Shown: positions 25,870-30,664 of the stretch, piece after piece
Layout of the letters: each line of letters opens with the position of its first letter
Numbering within the stretch: position 1 is the stretch's first letter
NCBI GenBank assembly: GCA_041169125.1
Contig: JBEEJP010000003.1
Span: 1 to 30,664 of the forward strand
Length of the DNA stretch: 30,664 bases
Reading direction: 5' to 3'
Source of the DNA: Pseudomonadota bacterium
Lineage (GTDB): Bacteria; Pseudomonadota; Gammaproteobacteria; Burkholderiales; Burkholderiaceae_C
Translations under genes and position numbers: made by a program
The notes under the pieces: generated by a model
Seen by the model: only the letters and a program-made list of their open reading frames with translations
Databases searched by the model: none
What the model was told of the DNA's origin: nothing

Positions 25870-26583
25870 ATGAACGGATTTTCACCTGATCGTCTTGACG
25901 ATTTTTTGTTTACTAACGCACAAGATAAAGCATTGCTTGAAATGATCTTGTCTCATCAACTGCCTTTTCCATTTGCAGGCAAGAGCGGCATCTTGATTCA
26001 CGGCACTTGGGGAACTGGTAAATCAACTTTGGCAACATTGCTGCCCGAGTTGATTGATACATCGTATGCAGGAACTTACAACTTGTCTAAGAACATTGGA
26101 CAAATGACACCAGATCCACACGCAGCCCCACAAAAGAAAATGTTTCGTTGTGGCAGCGTGAACATCGTCCAAGTCACGCAGCAAATCAACAACTACTCAT
26201 CTCGCTCACAGCTTCTGCATCACTCGCAGCAAGATTATTTTGTGTTTGATGAGGTGGATCGTTTGACAACCGGAGCGCAGCAGAGCCTTCGTTCAACAAT
26301 GGACTTGAAGCGCTGTATGTTTTTTCTCAGCACAAACTATTTGAACAAGATTGACAGTGGCATTGTCAATCGCTGTCACTTGATTGAGATGAATCAGATC
26401 GCAAATAACAACGCATATTTGCCACTGGGTCGCAACATCTTGAAGAATATGGGACTGAAGGCGAATGCTATCCCAGCGAAGACTTTGACCTCATATGCGC
26501 AAAAGGCTAAAGGTTCTGTTCGCACCTTTATGACAGATGTGATTATTCAGGGCGTTTTGGTGCGCAACTCAAAACCTGTATGA
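25870..26583 (+). CDS. clamp-loader-like (RFC / T4 gp44 / DnaX-type) AAA+ ATPase, truncated architecture
   Basis: ATG at 25870 has GGAGG at 25860-25864. Motifs are Walker A GTWGTGKST, Walker B YFVFDEVD followed by the RFC-box-like RLTTGAQQSLRSTMD, sensor-1 FFLSTN, and NRC in place of the clamp-loader SRC arginine-finger motif. At 237 aa it has no room for the C-terminal collar domain. Confidence 0.8.
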   Translation: MNGFSPDRLDDFLFTNAQDKALLEMILSHQLPFPFAGKSGILIHGTWGTGKSTLATLLPELIDTSYAGTYNLSKNIGQMTPDPHAAPQKKMFRCGSVNIVQVTQQINNYSSRSQLLHHSQQDYFVFDEVDRLTTGAQQSLRSTMDLKRCMFFLSTNYLNKIDSGIVNRCHLIEMNQIANNNAYLPLGRNILKNMGLKANAIPAKTLTSYAQKAKGSVRTFMTDVIIQGVLVRNSKPV

Positions 26584-26589
26584 CAGTAA

Positions 26590-26610
26590 GTGTCGTGTTA
26601 AACACGACAC
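26590..26610. repeat. palindrome GTGTCGTG-ttaaa-CACGACAC (copy B)
   Basis: It has 8-bp perfect arms, and the inner 7 bp of each arm are identical to copy A at 21155-21173. It starts 7 nt after the AAA+ stop codon. Confidence 0.6.
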
Positions 26611-26624
26611 CCTTTCACTTCTTA

Positions 26625-26649
26625 ACCCGCATTTAGTGCGGGTTTTTTA
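26625..26649 (+). terminator. rho-independent terminator after the AAA+ operon
   Basis: ACCCGCA-tttag-TGCGGGT is followed by a T-run. Confidence 0.75.
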
Positions 26650-26680
26650 TTGATGTGTGGGTTTAAGGTCGGGGATATTT

Positions 26681-27961
26681 CTACCGTTTCTTACTATGAA
26701 GCAGCGCCACATTCATCTCAGCAGCTAATGTGCTGGCATAGTGTTTTTCGATCATATCTACGCTGGTTCTGGCATTGCGTGCCAGCGTGAGCAAGTCAAT
26801 ACTTCCGCCATACAAAAGACGAAGTGTGATTGATGTGTGTCGCAAGCTATAGAGGCTGCGGTCAATGTTGTGTGGCCCTCGCTTGATACCTAAGTCTTTG
26901 AGAATCCAGTTAAACAACCAGCCAATGATGTTCAATATCAATCTGCGATTGGGTTCTTCTGGAAAGAAAACATAGTCATCTGGATTGCCGAAGCCACTTG
27001 CCAGTTGATGTGCAGTAATGTGCCTGTAGATAGAAACGGCATTTGGCAAGCTAACGATAGGCGATCTATGGCGCTTAACTTCAGGCAAGTTGATACGCAG
27101 ATAACTACGATCCCCCTTAACAACTTCAATGTGTTTGTTTTGTAGCTGTCGTATGTCACCTGGCCGGACAAATGTGTAAACCATAAAGCGGATAAGCCAG
27201 TTCATCTCCACTGGCATTGTTTGATACTGCTCTTTTATCCACAATCTCTTGCCAATCCCCCAAGCGGTAAATCGTTCTCTCGTAAGAGCGCGGGATTTGC
27301 GAAGTATCTGTGCATATTCAGTGATTGTGAAAGCTCCCCGAGAGTTGTTCTGATTTTTAATGCGTGGAGTTATGGGTATTTGTTGAAGGTGTTTTTCTGT
27401 GTAGAAATATCTAAGCAACACATTAACCAAAGATAAGTAGCCTTGAATAGTTGTGGTGCCTAAGTTTTTTTCAGTTAAAAAATCAATGAACTTCTGTAAT
27501 GTTTGCGTGTCAATATTTTTAACGGTTTGAGCGATGAAAAACTCATACACAAACCCTTCTAGTCGGCCTCGCATAATCAAAGCTGAAGCTCGCTTGATTT
27601 CATCTCGTTTAACGCGGTCTTCATTGGCGGCAATGACGAAGTCAATCGCTTTAGCAACGATCTCTTGATCGGTTTGCGGTTTCAGCAATGCGAGGACTGC
27701 TTTGGGATGTCGCAACTTGATTGATTGAAAGAAATCTGCCGCGAGTTTTTTTGCTTCGCTCAAGTCAGTTGTTTTGAGGCTCTGCGATAGGTACTTACCA
27801 TTGAGATAGAGGCGAACTTGCCAAAACTTGCTGCCAAATATGCGATAAATCTTGAGAGTTTTTGGCAAGCCTTCAATGCTGTTAAGGCTTGATTTGATGA
27901 CGAGGCTATTAGAGGTATGAAGTAAATAGTGGTTGTCGTTAGCTGCTTCTATTTTGCTCAT
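26681..27961 (-). CDS. int: tyrosine integrase (P4-like, full length)
   Basis: 426 aa. The N-terminal segment FWQVRLYLNGKYLSQSLKTTDLSEAKKLA is typical of P4-type integrases. Candidate catalytic residues are R in FVRPGDIRQL, H-x-x-R context YSLRHTSIT and Y in IEKHYAS. It lies directly next to the right 21-bp repeat. Confidence 0.9.
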   Translation of the reverse strand: MSKIEAANDNHYLLHTSNSLVIKSSLNSIEGLPKTLKIYRIFGSKFWQVRLYLNGKYLSQSLKTTDLSEAKKLAADFFQSIKLRHPKAVLALLKPQTDQEIVAKAIDFVIAANEDRVKRDEIKRASALIMRGRLEGFVYEFFIAQTVKNIDTQTLQKFIDFLTEKNLGTTTIQGYLSLVNVLLRYFYTEKHLQQIPITPRIKNQNNSRGAFTITEYAQILRKSRALTRERFTAWGIGKRLWIKEQYQTMPVEMNWLIRFMVYTFVRPGDIRQLQNKHIEVVKGDRSYLRINLPEVKRHRSPIVSLPNAVSIYRHITAHQLASGFGNPDDYVFFPEEPNRRLILNIIGWLFNWILKDLGIKRGPHNIDRSLYSLRHTSITLRLLYGGSIDLLTLARNARTSVDMIEKHYASTLAAEMNVALLHSKKR

Positions 27962-27973
27962 TTCGTCAAAAAG

Positions 27974-28007
27974 TATTCTTGATTCATAAAATCAGAAATC
28001 AAGAATA
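27974..28007. promoter_or_regulatory. perfect 11-bp inverted repeat TATTCTTGATT-N12-AATCAAGAATA upstream of int
   Basis: The arms are at 27974-27984 and 27997-28007, starting 13 nt upstream of the int ATG in very AT-rich DNA. It is a candidate operator or regulator-binding site. Confidence 0.4.
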
Positions 28008-28078
28008 TTTTAGTGATTATAGCAAATAGGTATTATTTAATAACAACATTTTGAAAAATAATTTGGAACTAATGTAAT

Positions 28079-28099
28079 AACCCTCGTTGCATTGGCCGC
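28079..28099 (+). repeat. right copy of 21-bp direct repeat AACCCTCGTTGCATTGGCCGC (candidate attR core)
   Basis: It is a perfect match to 19939-19959. The AT-rich island DNA ends exactly at its 5' edge. Confidence 0.65.
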
Positions 28100-29231
28100 T
28101 TTGGCTTCAGTGTCTGCTTTCGCACAATCTACTGTGACCATCAGCGGTATCGTTAACTACGGTATGCACAATGACGTGACCAAGACAACTTCTTACGGCG
28201 GCCTCAAAGGCGACCGTAACAACCTCACTTTTGGTGTGGTGGAAGACTTGGGCGCTGGCTCAAACGTGACTACAACTTTGCAGTTCCGTTTCAACAGCGG
28301 TACAGGCGCAGCTGGTTATTCCAACACTGGCGCTTCTTCTGAAGCAGGTGCAGGCGCAACTCAATTCGAACAAGCTGCGATTGGCTACAACAGCCCCATC
28401 GGCGCTGTTCGCGTGGGTCGTTTCACCAACGCTTTGGGCGTGTATGACTTCTCAACATTCGAAGATTCCAAGTACGGTACCAACGCATCTCGCGCTGCCT
28501 ACGGCCGTTTGAGCAACACATTGCAAGTTTCTTCTCCTGTGATCTCTGGCTTCCAAGCTCACTTGATCGGTGCACAAGGTTCTTCTAACAAGTGGGGCAA
28601 CCCAGGCGGCGTTTCTGGCGCTGGTTTTGTGACTGGTGTTGATTACTCTGCTCAAGTTTTTGCCAATGCAAACGGCAGCAAAGGCACTCAAGACTTCTCG
28701 TCTATCGTGTTGAACTACGCAAACGGTCCTTTGGCTTTGCAATACGCTGACATCAACGGTCTCGCTTACGAAAAAGCAACTCGCGTCGCAGCATCTTGGA
28801 ACGCAGGTTTCGCCAAGTTCTACGTTGGTCAATACAACCAAAAGCACGATATTGGTACTAGCGCTGCAACAACAGCTGCGTACAACGCAGTGACAACAGT
28901 TGCAAACACAGGTTTGGCTGCTCACAAGTCAACTGAATACGGCGTGGCTGCACCTTACGGCAAATTCACTTTGCGTGCTGGTGTCCGCACTAACGACAAA
29001 GACTTGACAATCGGTACAACAGACGGTTCTACAAAAGCCAAGACAACTGCTATTGGCTTCGAATACGCTTTGTCTAAGCGTACTGAGTTGCAATACCAAC
29101 GCATGAACACTAAAAATGGTGTTGTGAAGTCCGCTACTGCGGCTAATAACAACGGTTGGGATGCAATCGGTGGCGGCTTCGGCGATTCCACAGGTTCTGC
29201 CTACTTCGTTGGTATCCAACACAAGTTCTAA
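28080..29231 (+). pseudogene. 5'-decapitated paralogous porin (intact body from codon 4 to stop; no ATG, SD or native promoter)
   Basis: The frame is open from 28062 to TAA at 29229-29231, with an in-frame TAA at 28059-28061. It aligns with copy 1 from codon 4 (TLVALAAL...) to ..FVGIQHKF. The only in-frame start-like codon is TTG at 28092, which would give a signal peptide with no charged N-region. It is called a pseudogene for lack of a better type and may be a silent, reactivatable cassette. Confidence 0.65.
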
Positions 29232-29275
29232 TCCCCCCGCTGGCTTAGCCAGTTAAGGATTTAAGTAAGACTAAA

Positions 29276-29306
29276 CCCCACCGTGGTAACACGGTGGGTT
29301 TTTTTT
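29276..29306 (+). terminator. rho-independent terminator of porin copy 2
   Basis: CCCACCGTG-gtaa-CACGGTGGG forms a perfect 9-bp stem, followed by TTTTTTTT. Confidence 0.85.
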
Positions 29307-29354
29307 ATTGGTGTTTTCTAGCGTCGATAATCATGTGTTATCTCAAACACGTGC

Positions 29355-30062
29355 ATGCAGCCGATTTCAAACATGTCATCTCTCTCGCCCAGCCCTTCAG
29401 TAATGGCGCTTGAAGGGGTACGCTTGCAGCGTGGTAACACGTGTGTGTTTGATGGTTTCACGCTTTCATTGCAAGAGTCACGCATTGGCTTGATTGGTGA
29501 CAACGGCGCTGGCAAGAGCAGCTTGTTTCGATTGCTCAGCGGCTTAGACCGCCCACAAGCAGGTCGCGTGCTTGTGCCCGAGGGGGTGCAGGCTGTGGGC
29601 ATGATGTTTCAAAACCCCGACGACCAAATTATTTTTCCGACGGTGGAGGAAGAGTTGGCGTTGAGTTTGCAGCACGCCTCGCTCACGCGTGCCCAAGCGC
29701 AACAACAAGTGCGTGAGGTCTTGCAAGCGCGTGGTTTGGCGGCGTGGTCTTCGCGGGCCATTGCCAGTTTGAGCCAAGGCCAGCGCCAACATGTGTGCTG
29801 GTTAGCACTGGCTTTGGCGCCACACCGTGTGTTGCTGCTGGATGAGCCATTTGCAAGCCTCGACCTTCCTGGGCAAGCCGCGCTCAAGCATGAGATTGAG
29901 CAAGCCCCTCAACAGGTGTTGGTGTCGACCCATGTGTTGGCGCATGTGCGCCATTTCGAACGGGTGATTTGGCTTGACCAAGGCCGTGTGCGCGCCGATG
30001 GTGCCGGTGCCGAGGTGTGTGCCGCGTACGAGGCCGATGTGGCTTCGCGAGCTGTGGTGTAA
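29355..30062 (+). CDS. ECF-type (CbiO/BioM-like) transporter ATP-binding protein
   Basis: Motifs are Walker A GDNGAGKSS, Q-loop, signature LSQGQRQ and Walker B LLLDEPFASLD. It lies directly upstream of a T-component gene. Three in-frame ATGs (29355, 29373, 29403) are possible starts. Confidence 0.8.
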   Translation: MQPISNMSSLSPSPSVMALEGVRLQRGNTCVFDGFTLSLQESRIGLIGDNGAGKSSLFRLLSGLDRPQAGRVLVPEGVQAVGMMFQNPDDQIIFPTVEEELALSLQHASLTRAQAQQQVREVLQARGLAAWSSRAIASLSQGQRQHVCWLALALAPHRVLLLDEPFASLDLPGQAALKHEIEQAPQQVLVSTHVLAHVRHFERVIWLDQGRVRADGAGAEVCAAYEADVASRAVV

Positions 30063-30070
30063 GGCCAATC

Positions 30071-30664
30071 ATGGGTAGTCTTTACAGCGACATTCCAACA
30101 TGGCTACACCGGGTGTCAGCAGGCGTCAAGCTGCTGGTGCTCGCGCTGTTGGGCATGGGCTTGTTTGCACTGCAGCAATGGCAGGGCTTGTTGCTTGTGA
30201 CGGTGGTGTGCGTGTTGGTCTTTGTGTCACTCGGCGCCGCCAGCTACCGTGCGAAACCTTTGGTGCTGGGGGTGTTGGTGGCCAGTGTGTTGGTGGCCGC
30301 ATTTCATGTGTGGATGGCGCAACCTGAGATAGCGGCCATCACGGTCATGCGCATGCTCAGTGCCACCTTGATGGGCGTCGCCTTGACGCTCACCACGCGC
30401 TACAGCGATTTGTTGCAGGTGTTTGAGTGGGTGCTTTCGCCTTTGCAAAAATCAGGAATTCGCACCGATGTGTTGGCGTTGCAACTGGCGTTGATGCTGC
30501 GTTTCACAGAGCATTTCTTCGTGGTGTGGCGCCGCTTAGACGATGCTTATCGCTTGCGAACGGGGCAGTCTGGCGGTTTTAAAATACTCGCGCCGCTGAC
30601 CATTCAGATGTTGCTCACCACGCGTCGCGTGGCTGATGCGCTCACGCTTCGCTTGCGTCGCTAA
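30071..30664 (+). CDS. ECF transporter transmembrane T component (CbiQ/BioN family)
   Basis: ATG at 30071 lies 8 nt after the ATPase stop. It is a 197-aa polytopic membrane protein with the C-terminal A-x-x-x-R-x-G type coupling motif (DDAYRLRTG). The stop is at the window end. Confidence 0.7.
   Translation: MGSLYSDIPTWLHRVSAGVKLLVLALLGMGLFALQQWQGLLLVTVVCVLVFVSLGAASYRAKPLVLGVLVASVLVAAFHVWMAQPEIAAITVMRMLSATLMGVALTLTTRYSDLLQVFEWVLSPLQKSGIRTDVLALQLALMLRFTEHFFVVWRRLDDAYRLRTGQSGGFKILAPLTIQMLLTTRRVADALTLRLRR

Larger units (their letters stand above)
19939..28099. mobile_element. candidate integrative island (about 8.1 kb) inserted in the 5' end of a porin gene; carries a porin body, cargo genes and two tyrosine recombinases
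   Basis: 21-bp perfect direct repeats sit at both ends. A P4-like integrase gene abuts the right repeat. AT-rich cargo runs from about 21.12 to 28.08 kb. The downstream porin copy lacks its first 3 codons, SD and promoter. Boundaries are inferred, not demonstrated. Confidence 0.6.

Noticed and set aside
21155-26610. The twin palindromes as excision sites for the short tyrosine recombinase.
   Set aside because: Partner sites normally need identical crossover spacers. Here the centres differ (GGAAA versus TTAAA) in either orientation. Both also sit where terminator or stabiliser hairpins would be expected.
21133-28076. GGAACAATGGA (21133-21143) versus GGAACTAATGTA (28065-28076), considered as alternative terminal repeats of a smaller (cargo-only) insertion.
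   Set aside because: The match is only about 10-11 bases and needs a gap, which is well within chance for AT-rich DNA. The 21-bp perfect repeat gives a cleaner model. The cargo-only insertion plus deletion model is kept as the main alternative in the first finding.
28092-29231. TTG at 28092 as a genuine start of the second porin.
   Set aside because: There is no SD upstream. The resulting signal peptide (MAALASVSAFA) lacks the Lys-rich N-region that copy 1 has (MKKT...). Alignment shows the ORF is simply copy-1 codons 4 onward.
29318-29602. 94-aa minus-strand ORF overlapping the start of the ECF ATPase gene.
   Set aside because: It is antisense to a gene with clear ABC motifs, has no start context, and its composition looks arbitrary.
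1-30664. Scan for tRNA, rRNA, CRISPR arrays and IS-type terminal inverted repeats.
   Set aside because: I could recognise none by eye. The island is not next to a tRNA gene, and no regularly spaced repeat array is present.

Overview
High-GC chromosomal segment, probably from a betaproteobacterium of the Burkholderiales. That assignment is inferred only from gene content, the type II secretion gene order and the porin type.

Positions 1-19.7 kb look like ordinary core genome. They hold an HNH nuclease, lipocalin blc, yggT, yqhA, queC, an SbmA/BacA-type ABC transporter and a 5'-nucleotidase. They also hold a complete type II secretion cluster (gspGHIJKLMNDEF on the minus strand, with a divergent short gspC), plus ilvA, an OsmC-family gene and coq7.

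Positions 19.9-29.3 kb are the interesting part. Two paralogous general porin genes in direct orientation bracket about 7 kb of visibly AT-rich DNA. Spot counts of single 60-nt lines gave about 42% GC in island coding sequence and about 22% in its right-end intergenic, against about 67% in the gsp genes. The AT-rich DNA encodes:
- a P4-like tyrosine integrase
- a second, catalytic-domain-only tyrosine recombinase of FimB/FimE size
- a clamp-loader-like AAA+ ATPase with an unknown basic partner protein
- three further unknown proteins
- a 1.1-kb ORF-poor stretch

A perfect 21-bp direct repeat lies in the signal-peptide codons of the first porin (19939-19959) and at the head of the second porin (28079-28099). 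The second porin has lost its promoter, SD and first three codons.

My reading is that this is an integrative element that targets the 5' end of a porin gene. It carries its own start-less porin body, so integration places the element's porin behind the host promoter and start codon and silences the resident allele. That would be a reversible porin (surface receptor) swap. This is inference from the sequence layout and needs comparative or experimental confirmation.

Positions 29.35-30.66 kb encode the ATPase and T components of an ECF-type transporter. I recognised no rRNA, tRNA or CRISPR array.
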